Assembly: GCA_017654855.1 (NCBI GenBank)
Contig: CM030333.1
Coordinates: 1,550,001 to 1,614,000 of the forward strand
Length of the DNA: 64,000 nt
Direction of reading: 5' to 3'
Source of the DNA: Podospora anserina
Lineage: Eukaryota
The notes below the pieces were generated by a model. The model did no database searches and was not told the origin of the DNA. It saw only the letters and a program-made list of their open reading frames with translations. Every line of letters starts with the position of its first letter. Within the stretch, counting starts at the first letter, position 1. Positions 11,903 to 23,600 of this stretch are shown here, piece after piece. The position numbers and the translations under genes are program-made.

Positions 11903-13652
11903 ATGGGTGATTTTGGAAGAGATTTGGCGGAATGATCGAGGGAAATATCGTGGGAAAGCTTGACCAGAGTAGGGAAGGGATATACAGCAAATTCTTTGGT
12001 CACTAGCTGGGCTGACGACTATTCATTGTACTGTATGAGGTTCTCTTGTAAAAAATACTTTATTCCATGTTCATTGAACACAATGCGTGAAACACCATAC
12101 CCAAGACATATCACAGCCAGAATTACCAGTCACAACTCCATTGTGTCTTCCTAGGGTAGTTGAAACCCCATCCACACCTCCCCCTACCCCTTCACCCCCT
12201 CCCAGGCGGACACACAACCAGCCTAGACCTTCACGTCGTTAATAATGAGGCCCGTGATAATCCCAAAAGCCGTGCTACCTGGTGTTTTCCATATGCTCCT
12301 TACAATCTACGCCTGAGCACAACTAAGCTGTCTCTACTCCACGGCACTACCTTTAGTACTACAGCTCGTTACTGTATAAATCTCGCATGCTCCACCTATA
12401 AAGCGGCTTCATGATCCCATCCGATGGAATATCAACCCCAGCAGTATGCTCCACACTGATGTATCACCTCTCAACTTGCTCGATAACCCACTTGTATATG
12501 AAATTGATACACTTGGTCCTGGCGAGGATCCGCTCCGGTTGTACATAGACAGTTCATGGAACTTAAAGATCAGATCCGAATTGAGTCAGTGTGTGTGGTG
12601 TTCTAATATATTGATTACTGTATTGTTAAGTGCGAAAAGACCTAAATCCATGAGATATTGAAGATCGTCGAATCTTATTATTCTAGCTATTTTATTGGGC
12701 AGCTTCTTGTCATGCCAGTAGCTATCTTCTAGGCCATTTGACTGCTTCCTTACGGCCTACGTTTGCAAGCTTAGATGAAGTCTTCGAATGTTGAAATAAA
12801 CATAATTAAAAGGGTTGAAGTATGGGAAATGCATGGTCTTTTGTTACGTTGATGTGGGGACAAAAAGGGGGGGTTGCCCGGGAGATAAAAAGGGGGTGTA
12901 AACAAACATCTCCTATCCTCCGAGTGCGAAATTATTACTAATCTACACCACCACAAACCGAACACATGAGCAAAATAAAATGCTTCTTTCCCTATACTGT
13001 TGATGCTACATGATATCTGTACGTCATATTCCCATCTGAACCGTTGAAGACAACACATACGCTGCCTCTGCATTGGGTCTACTCCAGGCTTTTACTAATA
13101 ACTGGGCTGTTGTTATTGCTCAACAATACAAAGAAATACAGACGAAAGGTGGCAGGTGGGAAGGTAAGTTGTTAGACTCACCGAAGAGATTGCGTAAAAG
13201 TTTTCCAAGTCTATGAAGACAATACATAGTTCCACGTGATTCCCTAAGTGTCAAAGACAACAATACGACCATGGCACTTGCCCCAATAGCAATTACTGGA
13301 AAAAGAGGGCACGTGCGCACAAGAAAATGTCTTGTTATCTAGACTTATGGAAGACCTAATTTCCGCCTTATTTGAGAGAATAAAGACAATACGTCATTGT
13401 TCGTCTGAAGTCCAAGGCAACAACACGGCTTTGGCACTTGCCTTGATAGAAAAACGCTCGGGCCATTTGAGAAGACTCTCTGGTATATATATCTCGTTCC
13501 TGTGGCTTTTTCTCCCTCTCTTCCTCTCTTTTTCTCTTCTTCACAGCTCTCACATTGGAAGTTTTCTTTTCGTCTTGAAGCTACTTTTTTTGTCTTCACC
13601 CGTTTTTGTCCCACAATTAACGTGAAAATACCTAACATCAAGCATTGCCAAG

Positions 13653-14403
13653 ATGTACCAGTATCAGGCCAGTCCCGCCGAGCTCGCCCTCATAGGCCGT
13701 GTAAGTCTTCCCTTCAACCATCAACCACTCCCCCCCCGCCATGAGATCTCAAAAGCTAAACCCCTCTGCGGGACCACATCGCCCCTTTTATGACCCCCTA
13801 CCTCACCATCACCAACCGGCCCCCCACCATCACCCACCTACACATGTTCACTCCCATCTGGAGCACCCTCTCGGAAAAGTTGACTAAGTTTGACTCCAAA
13901 GCCCCGACCGAAAAGGCCAAGAACATCCCCGACATCCTCGAGAGCGCCAACACGGCCCTCGCCCAGATCACCAGCACCTCCAGCCTCTCCCTCCACGGGA
14001 ACTTTGCCGCTCTCGAGACGATCCGGAAGATTCTTACCGCGCTCTTTTGCGCGCTTGTTTGGTGCCGCGCGGGCGCGAATCCAGAAGCGAGCACGCTCGT
14101 CCAACACATGCGCGGGTGTACGGGTGCTGAGGCGCTGAACAAGGTTTTTTCGGGGCTGGTTCTGTGGCAGATGGACTGGTTGATTTTCAAGGATGGGGGG
14201 GCTTGGTTGGAGGATCTGGGGGTTTTGGCTGCTGAGGAGGAGGTGGGGTTGGTTTGGGGGAGGTTAGGAGGGTTTGGCAGAGCATGATTGCGAGGAAGAG
14301 GGTTGTTTTGTTTGAGAAGGAGCAGAGGGAGGCGGAGATGAGGGAGTTTAGGAGGATTAAGGAGGGTGGTAAGAGGGGGGGAGGTAGAAGGGGTGGTTGG
14401 TGA
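13653..14403 (+). pseudogene. Array paralog G; splice acceptor apparently mutated (TGCGG at ~13767-13771 instead of TGCAG); probable C-terminal frameshift
   Basis: Exon 1 13653-13700 then GTAAGT; sequence from 13772 is in frame with ORF 13790-14287. SLHGNFAALETIRKILTAL matches motif 2. Confidence 0.55.
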
Positions 14404-15198
14404 ATGATGATGAGGCTGGTACTTGGGATATTCGGTGGAGTTGTATTTTGGTGGGTTTGGTGTTTGGGTTGTTTTATATCTGGGGTTTTTTGTTGCTGGT
14501 TGGGGGGTGGGGAGCGGGTTGAATGGTTATTTGGTTTCGTTGAAGCGCTGCAAAAGCGCCCGTCATCAACATGGTATTCGACAGAATTTGAGATTAGTTG
14601 ATATTGCCGCGGGATAACATTTGCCTGCTGCCTGCCACGGCCATGTTGTGCTTTCCTAGGTACTCATCCGAGCAATGAACATCAGACGCCTGAAGCCTGA
14701 TGAAGACTCGCCATATGACTAACAATGAACTTGGTGAGGATCACAATCTTGATAGCACTGGAGGAAGACGGCTGGTGGAAGGTGGAAAAGGGAGAGTACT
14801 GGGGGACTGCTCCAAGTGAAATGTTCTCACCAAGAAAGCGTGACTAGGTGATCTTTCTGCAAGCAAGTGGGGATGATGGGGATGATGGCAAACAGTGCTT
14901 CAGATGGTTGCTCTCATCCTATCTCGCTGATGAAACCAGCAGTTCCCCATACAGTTGCAGGAGAGAAAACAGAGCAACAATCCACTAGCAAACAGTAGAC
15001 TTGGTCTTTCACTGCCTCCCACTTCTTGCTACCATAGCCCTTGTATGTTCCGGCCCCTGGCTCTGTTGCCCCCTAACAGCAACGACATGGTCTTATTGCT
15101 TTGTTTATATACATACCCACGCCGCGAGCAGCAAACAATATTCCCTTTTTCTCGCAACATCTTCACCTCGCCTTCCATACGCCATCTCTGCAACCACA

Positions 15199-15850
15199 AT
15201 GGCGGACTGCACTCAACACAACCCGACCGAGGTCATAGACCTGATGGATGACACCGATAACGATGTAATTTCCTTTGAAGCATTTTTCCCATTCGAATGC
15301 TAACCTTCATGTAGACGTCCTACGACCAAAAGGCCGCCATCCTAAAGCTAGTTTCCTCACTCCCAGACCAAGCACTGCTGGAAACCATCATCGAAGCCGC
15401 CACAGAGCACCCCCTCGTTGCCAACCTCCTCCAGCAAAAAGCCACCCGAGCTAGAAAAAAAAAAGAAAAAAAAAAGCAAGTCAATACTGAATGGATGACC
15501 AAGACGAAGAGAATAGTCGACATTTTGACTGTTTACTGCAAGCATAAGGATCATGACTGGGGTGTGACACAGCAACCGGAGCTCATTGGGGCGGAAAGTC
15601 AAGGATCTTCTCGACTCGATATTCGAAATTGTCACGAGGGACCCATCGCACAGCAAGTGTGATGCTCTTGAGGCGATGGTGGTGCTGTTCAGCAATTTGG
15701 TGTGTGCCGGTCTTGGTCAGCCGAGGAGTGTGGCACTCTCGATTTGAGCAGTAGCCATAGTGATCGACGACTGTTCTTCCCGCCCTGACGTGGTGTACCA
15801 TGGACAGGGCACAAGTTTCTAAGCAGGGGGATACGTAATGTCACTGGAGA
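15199..15850 (+). pseudogene. Array paralog H; intron 15265-15314, frameshift at the G-run ~15588-15591
   Basis: Spliced reading gives ILKLVSSLPDQALLETIIEAATEHPLVANLL (motif 1). After the shift: KVKDLLDSIFEIVTRDPSHSKCDALEAMVVLF (motif 2), then a stop at 15745. Confidence 0.65.
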
Positions 15851-16248
15851 GGATTTTACAGCTGTGTTGTATCCCGACTTCAACAGAGCTTCGACATAAA
15901 ATCGTCAGTGAGGGCCGATATATCTCCCGATCTCATAGGAGACTGCTTTACTTGACATCGAATTACAGAAACTGGCAATCTTTCAAAAACAACCAACAGG
16001 TATTACAAGATACTTGCAAAGCTGGTCTTAGTGTCTGTGATATGTCGATGGCCGTGGGAAGGCTCTTTCCCCGCCTTCCATTTATTGCCCCCTCTGTTGC
16101 TCCTGCCTTTTGTGAAAGCGATGCGACCCCGCGACCTCGCACTGTTTGTTTACTTTTGTGGGTGCTCAAATTTTCTCTGCTGCTTTTTCTCTCTTGCTCT
16201 TTCTGTCTTCTCTCCCCACCCAGCACTTCGACTTTCGCCACCATCACC

Positions 16249-16462
16249 ATGGCAAAGTACCAACCGGCCAAGCTGGAGGAGGCCGACACTGCCTCGTCGG
16301 CGGTCAGAGTGGCTCCAGACCTTGGGACCGCCATCAGCATCGCACTTGAAAGCATTGGGTCAAAAGCCGCAGTCACCTCGCCATTATGAGCTCAAAATCG
16401 GGGCATTGAAAGCGATGTGGGACATTTTAATTCGCTTTAGGTCCCGCCCCAACCAAGCATGA
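16249..16462 (+). pseudogene. Array paralog I, fragment
   Basis: MAKYQPAK...AISIALESIGSKAAVTSP, a 1-nt shift at ~16384, then YELKIGALKAMWDIL. This restores SPYELKIGAL (compare J: SPYETRYSAV). Confidence 0.55.
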
Positions 16463-17069
16463 GTATTACCGGTACCTTGTGTTGGAGAGGCGCATTGCCT
16501 AGTAGATAGAACCCTCCCAGAACAATAAAAGCGTCTCTCAACATCAGGAACAAGCTGAGCTCGACCAAGGGATCTGATCAAGGTTATATAACAGCCTCGA
16601 TGTTAGTTGTTCTACACGATGCATATCTCTACATAGCAACAAGGTGTAACCCTTCGATTACGTTTCAAAGAACAGTGCTGTTAAATACAGGCTCACTCGG
16701 GACACTTCTACACAGGTGGATAGATCACTTCACCGTCAGCTCAACACATCCAAGGGGGTGAGGACCAAAAGATGCGACCTCCGTGATCGAAGGGGTTTCA
16801 TACAAATTCATGGATGTCCCTCCCATTGCGGTTCACGTTGACTAGCCCGAAAAGCAGGGCATTAAGATGTGAACGAGGGCTCTTCACCGCCTTCCATGGG
16901 CTCCTGCCTTTTTTTGCTCCTGCCTTGTTGCTCCTTCCGTTTTTAATTGGGCACAAAACGGCTCTCCTGGACCACACAATTTCACTGGGTTATTTTTCGT
17001 GGGTGCCAAAATTCTCTTCTCCTCCCTCATCTCTTTTTCGCCCGTAATCAGCCAACCCCTCAGTTCACC

Positions 17070-17200
17070 ATGCTGACCACGGCCCCCGAGTCAGGCGAGA
17101 AAGCGACCCCAGCCTCGAAGGAGGTTAAGGGAGTGGTTTATCCCAAGGTAAGTCGTCGCGTCTTACCTATATTTCCATGTCTTGAGAAGCGGAAGCTAAT
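17070..17200 (+). pseudogene. Orphan first exon plus intron of another probable array member
   Basis: CACCATG, 26 codons, phase-0 GTAAGT at 17148 and GCTAAT branch site. The upstream region resembles that of paralog I. No recognisable exon 2. Confidence 0.35.
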
Positions 17201-17510
17201 AGTGTTTCTCAAGCGCCGTCGGTCCATTCGTCAAAGCGCTATGACCGTTTCGACTTCCATGTTTGTACCAGCTGTTTGCGGTTATCAGTGAGGACATCAG
17301 TGAACAGGCGGTCGGAGGTGCCCGTGAGAGTGGTAGTCTCCAGGTCGACACCTTTCTCAAGCCCCTGCCTCCCATCGCTCCTGCCACCCGTGGTCAGCGG
17401 CTCCTCAGGGCCTACACTAGGTTATTAGGCTACCTTTTTGTCCCCAGGAAATTGCTTCTCCCTTTTCTCTTCTACACCCCACATTCAACCTCGCACTCGC
17501 AGCTACCACC

Positions 17511-18220
17511 ATGGCAAACATCAAGACGGAGACCGCGGATGAGGGTGTGACTGCTGCTGACCCCGGCGTAAGTCCCTATTCATTTCTAACGGAGTATTCA
17601 AGCGACTAACCGAATATTCCTGGCCATTCTAGGCTATCAAGAAAGCCCCATTTTCCATGACGGAGTCCGAGTTGCGAGAGATCTTGGTGCTGGCCATAGA
17701 TCGCCACCCCGCAATACATCCCATTGTCCAACGGCACCTTGACAGGCTTCGGGACAACAATCTAGGCGGTTTCCAAGACGACTTTGAGAAAATCCGTTGC
17801 GAAGTTTACGCATGTGCTTCAGAGCCTTGTTTTTCCGATCCCAAGGCAATCGGAGCATGCATCAAGCGATACTTTGAGAAGCTTCTGAACGTGGCTACCC
17901 GAGAGTCGCCATATGAGACGAGGTACTCGGCGGTGGAGTGGTTCCTTCGCGTGCTGAACCTGCTTGTTTTCACCAGCGATCCTCATGACGTGAGAAAAGA
18001 GATCTGGAGTCATACAGATGGCTCTTGCTTGAAACTAGTGATGCTGGTTTGCCGCTTCAGAACTGCTGAGAGAGGTCGACTCCTTCGCGATCACAACAGC
18101 CTGATCATGCTCAAGATGGACTTGATCACAGCGAATGCCAAGGATCTCCCGGAACTTCTTCGCGAATTCGAGCCAACTATCCACGTTATTAAAAGCTGGA
18201 GAGCTGAGTCAAGGGGCTAA
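17511..18220 (+). CDS. Array paralog J, apparently intact (~214 aa); intron 17568-17632
   Basis: MANIKTETADEGVTAADPG|AIKKAPFSMTESELREILVLAIDRHPAIHPIV...SPYETRYSAVEWFLRVL. Canonical GTAAGT/CTAAC/TAG intron in phase 0. Confidence 0.75.
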
Positions 18221-19749
18221 GGAAAATGAGGGAATGAACGGTGGGCCGGAGTTGGAGGCTGACCAGAGGAAACTACATTGCCGGAGTGCTCAAAGGATTG
18301 CGAAGGACAAGGAACAATGGGAACAACCTGCAGATAGTTTCACTTTGAAGACAATCACAACCCCTCTCTCACTACCAGCTTCTCTGATGTGACACAAACC
18401 CAAACCCTCATCTATCATCCCAATGACCATCCCACCACCGACGCAGCACATCTCACTAACTTGACAGCTACCAAAGAAGCACCCAGACCCAACCACGGCA
18501 ACCCCTTCCCCAGAAAAGACACCCCCCACCCCAGCGTCGTATCCACCGACCCGACAACTCGGAACGCTGCCCATCAAAAGAGGCATAGAGGAGCCAACAC
18601 ACACACGCCGAACAACCCAACGGGCCTGATTGCCTACTCCGCAAAGCCCGTCGTGAAATATAAAATCACCTTACCTCCTCTCCGTCTACAGACTCTAGAA
18701 CCTGTCCATCATTGTCGCCCCTGCAGTCACAGCGCCATGATCAAAACAAATACACCAACACTACCACCACCAGCACTGCCATCGTCAACGCTAGCTACCA
18801 AAACAACCACCACCATCGCCACCACCACCATCGCCACCATCGCCACCACCACAACCACCATCAAGTCCTACAGACAGTGGGTACACTCTTCAGCGACAGC
18901 ACAATCGCGACCTCCTGGCCTTCACCCATCTACACAATGACGTCTTCCATTCAGAAAACTGTATAAAAGCCAAAGTCCAAACCCCTGTGTAACACCGACC
19001 CTCCCTCCCCCTTGTCCACACAGCATGACATAAAACCCTCCCCCTTAACTAACCCCTTCAACCCAGAACCAAATCAACAAACCAAGCCAACGCGCACCTA
19101 CCTCCAACCGTTTCACAACATATCACCCTCCCCAGCCCAGTTACACAGCCCATATCACAACCCTGCCATCCCTCATGCACCTACCCACCACCACCTCCAA
19201 CAACAACCCATCCCCATTCACACATCCAACCCCGCCCTATCATTCATCATAAACTTCTCCCAATCACAAACCCAAAAACTCCAGACACCAATCATCCATT
19301 CATTAACCTCTACCCAACATCATCATCTGTTCATGACTCATCCGGCTGTCTCTTCGTACACATTCCCCCCATCTCCATCATCATCATCTCGTGTCAAAAA
19401 GGCCATGCCATACTGCTGGTATCTTCTCCCCTACACATCCCGCTCATGAACTTCGTCAAGGTCTAATAACCCGTCCCAAAAAGAAACCAACTAAAACCAT
19501 CCATCCCAATATATCAACGAAAAAGCTTAACGGAAAGAGAAGAAAAGAAATCATCGTAACCCACCCGCCCCCTTTGTACCCCGCTTGCTATGCCCGAGCC
19601 GACACAAAGACAAAAAATGCCACCATCCCGAAAAGCCCAAGCCCACAATGCCATGGTTTACCCCCAAAAGAAATGACAGCCATATAAAAAAGAAAATTTC
19701 GTCAAGTAAGGTATACAGCCCTGCCCTCTTCTCTCTCATGTTGTGTTTC

Positions 19750-20667
19750 TCAGTTTTCTTCCCTCTTGATATAAGGCTTCCCTCGTCGTCCGTGTCCGCC
19801 CGGTGGGGGGGTGTTAATCGCTGTCAGTCCTCTAGGTCCCACCATCCTGTTTTCTATTTCGTTAGTCAGCTGTCCTTCCCTTTCTTCCCCGCCTCTGCCA
19901 GCCAGAGTAAAGACTCACCAATCCTGCATGGCCAACCACTCGCTCCACGCCGCCTCGGCCGCCTGAATCTCCTTCTCCGTCGTGTTTTGCAACGGCTTCA
20001 AAAATGGTATCGTCTCCTCTGCCCCCATGTCATACGCCGCCTTGACATCCAGCCAGCTGTTGCTCTTTGTCGCAAACAGATAATTCCTCCTCTCCTGCTC
20101 GTGGAACTGCCCTATCCCTCTCTGCCAGTCGTCCCCAAAGAACCCATGGAGCACGGCCGGAAAGTCGAACCCGGTCGCTACCAGTCGGCGGATATACGGC
20201 AGCAGCGAGATGTGGGATGGGAATCCCCCTAACAGACCTGCCCCCCCGGGCCCAGCCATCCCCGGTCCAACACCGGCTGCTCGACCCGACGAGCCCTGTG
20301 CGCCAAACCCGGCAGCTAATCCAGGGCCACCACCCGAAGGGGAATTGGCCCGCGAGGACAAGACGGGATTTGTGGATCTCTGAAAGGGCAGCTGGATGTT
20401 GACAAAGGCGGCGAGGGCCTGGATCGGACCTTCGTACTGGGCGTGGTCGAGAAAGTATCGCAAACAGGACTGGAAGTAGGGATGCCACTCGAAGATGTCG
20501 AACTGGGCGTCGGCAAAGGGCTGGACGGGAGGACTGTTACTAAAGTTCTGAGACGACCGGCACGAAGAGGGCTCGTTGTGAGGATAATAGAAGGCTGGAG
20601 CCGGCCCGGAGGGAGACCAAAATACCTGTTCCCCTTGGAAGTTGTCACCTGGCCGAGGCATCGCCAT
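19750..20667 (-). CDS. Conserved Pezizomycotina protein of unknown function (281 aa); intron 19918-19847
   Basis: FDIFEWHPYFQSCLRYFLDHAQ...YIRRLVATGFDFPAVLHGFFGDDW...ERRNYLF...WSEWLAMQDW|MVGPR is a recognisable conserved fungal family. GTGAGT..CTAAC..CAG intron. Confidence 0.8.
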
Positions 20668-23600
20668 GGTCGGTGTTGGTTTCGTTGGACGAACGGGGGG
20701 TGTTCGATGTTCCAAGTCCCTGAAGTGGAGAACTGTGTTGGTGTCAGCAGTGTTGGTTGTCAACACACACAATTGCACACGAAAGCCAAGAGAGCAAAGC
20801 AGATGGTTCAGTACCCAGGAGTCCAACGTGTCTAATAACACAATTCTTGAAGGGAGACAGCCTGAGCAGCGGGTGGTTTGTTGATCGTCTTCGCTCTCAG
20901 ACCTCTTCTCGAATGTTGGAAGGATGGAAGCGTCCACTGCTCGCGTGTGAATCTGCACTGAACCGTCGGCAACAACAGCCTGGTACAGGTCGGTTGGAAC
21001 GTTGATCAAGCGAGGTACTGCGCTACAGCTGGAAATAGATACAGCATGAAAGATTGCCACCAGGGGGACACGGGGGAGGTCTGGGGATAAGATGGGGGGA
21101 TGATGAATTGGGGCGGCAACTGCGTTAGGGCGCTTGGGAGGGATCCTTTTTATAGCCGCCCGCGCTTGACCAAACCTTGGGACGACGTGCATATGCCTGC
21201 CCCGGGAAAAATAGCAAGAAAAAAAAAACGTGTTGCGTGAGAGGGCAATGCAGCCCACAGGACAACAACGCTCAAGAGCCTGCGACCCTGACGAAGCCAA
21301 GACAGCCTGACGGCAAGGCGAGGATGCCGCTGCAGCTGAGCCTAGTTAGCTCCCGGGGAGAGAACAGGGTCCACGGTACCTGGTGCACAGCTGCGGGAGA
21401 TTCGTAAGATCAGTGGGGATGATGATGATCAACAGGATCCAAGAAGCTGTCATCGACCTACACACCGACTCTAGGCAGGGGGTATGCCATGCGCGGTACA
21501 GGGCAGGACCAGCATGACCAGCTTCGGGTCCGAGGGGGTCGATGCCTGCTACAGCAATCGATGGGCTTGTCGTAGAGCGCGTAGACGTATCATAGGCTGG
21601 TCATGGTGTCATCCGAAGTGGTCAATTAGCTGCTGATGACCAGAAGTAGTGGGAGAATCAGACAGGAGAGGCTCGATGCTGCCGACTTTCCGTGTCGGAC
21701 TTCATCATCGGCAGCCAGGCACACCCGCCAGGGGCACAAAAGACAAGACGGAGAAGCTGTGGGAGAAGGGCGAATAAGGCTAGACAGGGGGGGGTAGCTT
21801 CGTACCTACAACCTCTGATAGAGCTGCTGTTTGAGAGATAGTGTAAGCAAGGTGTGATATTGGTTCACGTATAGGCACGGGAGTCGGCTCTTGAGTGAAT
21901 ACCAAGGGTAGCAGCCAAGGGTAGCAGTTTTGTTAGGTGGTGGTGATATGTCGAGGCATGTCGAGTCGTTGGTGGGCAATAGTTGCGGACACTCCATCCA
22001 GAGGTCTGGCGGGGTGGAGAGTTGGGATGAGGCGCATCCAGGGTCCTTGGGGGTTGCCGGTCCGGGATCTGGCGGCCAAATCAAGATCCAGCATGGAAGC
22101 CGGCAGGGGCGTCGATGATGGCCCAGGATTGTCTAGGATGTGTTGGAGAAAGGCTGGAAAAAGAGGGCTGGGCGCGCCCGACTCTCTGGGCCGCTGCAAC
22201 CCTCTCACCCATCCCCCCTGTTCCGTGCGAAGCGGGCGGCGTCTGCTTCAGCTTCTGTGGCTCCGAGGGGCTAGACTAGCTCGTTTGAGCAAATGCTGCA
22301 TCTTCTTTTGCCGATTGCAAAAGCGACATGTGGTATAAATGTGTTGTTGCTGTTGTTGTTGTGAGTGGGAGAGCGGGAGACGGGAGTGGCAGCGGTTCCC
22401 TCTTTGTCACCCCACTGTCTCTGGCCTGTGTATCCACCATCTGGGCTTGAGCCATGCAAGTAACACGCCACTGGCAACTTCCTTCTGCGAGGTTGCTCGT
22501 GTCATATTCAACATGTCGGTTAGGAAAATTTCATGAGGAAAGAGCAGTCTAGAGAATAACTGGGGATAGGAAAGCTCTACGTCATGACTCGGCAGGTGCT
22601 ACTGCCGGGGGCTGCCTCTCGAGCCTATATTTGAAGTCCCTGGGCCAAGAGTAACTTGGAGGAATTTCAATGGTGAAAGGCTGGAAGAAACGCTCCGGCA
22701 GCCAAGAAGATATCTGAAATGAAATCGCAAGGAGGGCTCCTTTTTGGATTGATATCCGCTGGGGGCAATATTGGCTGTATCATCACCAGTTCTTTTCGCA
22801 CACAAGAAGTATGACGGTCGGACAAAATCCCTTCCCTCCAACAATGTCAAGCTGACCGGGGTGAAGGTACACAGTGCGGCGTGGGTCGGTACCCCGGACG
22901 GAGCAAGTGGGAGGGGTCGCGGCAATATGGCTTGGCGGCCCACACTGACTTTGACTTCGGCGACCTTCAAGGTTGCTTCCGCTGAGGTGTCTAGACACTT
23001 CTTCTTCCTCATGATCAGCGTCCATGGTTGACGAGTTGCTGAGGTTCCCTGATATCCAAATCTTTTCATTTTGGAAAGTAGCTGCAGGGACCAACAAAAT
23101 GTGTGCCTGTCCGAGTACGGGCCGCGGTACGACGCAGCGCGGCAGCTTGTCAAAGCTTCTCCAGCCTTCATGGAACTGTTACAGGAGAGCACGCATATTC
23201 TGTTGCAGCACCTCATACCGCCTGTGACACCTGGCCTGTGCAGCATGTCCTGTGCACCTACATTCTTCTCATGATAACGACGGGATGGGACGAGTTTGAA
23301 AAGGTGGCGGCTCCGCGGCTCCGGAGAATTCGTCAACAACCGAATGCAACCCCCCTCTTCCTTCAGCTACGCCAGCATTCGAGCCTTGGAGCAGAAAGGC
23401 AGGAGGAGAGCAAGTATTGGTGACGGTCCGTTCTGAGCGATAAGACAGCTCGGTGTGGTGAGTTTTTAGTGCACCTTTGATCCGTCCGCTCTGTCAAGAC
23501 CATGTGCATCGTTCCAAGCGTGTGGTCCGGTGTGACAGCAGGCCGAGTATCATCTGTCGTGCTTCGCCCTCGACCCAGGAGAAATTCCGACATGCAGGTC

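Noticed and set aside
18389..19690. Thr/His/Pro-rich ORFs
   Set aside because: C/A-rich low-complexity sequence, probably the 3' UTR of the minus-strand gene; no coding signature.
20668..21300. 211-codon in-frame N-terminal extension of the conserved gene
   Set aside because: It spans a TATA box and a probable 82-nt (non-3n) leader intron; recognisable family sequence lies only downstream of ATG 20667.
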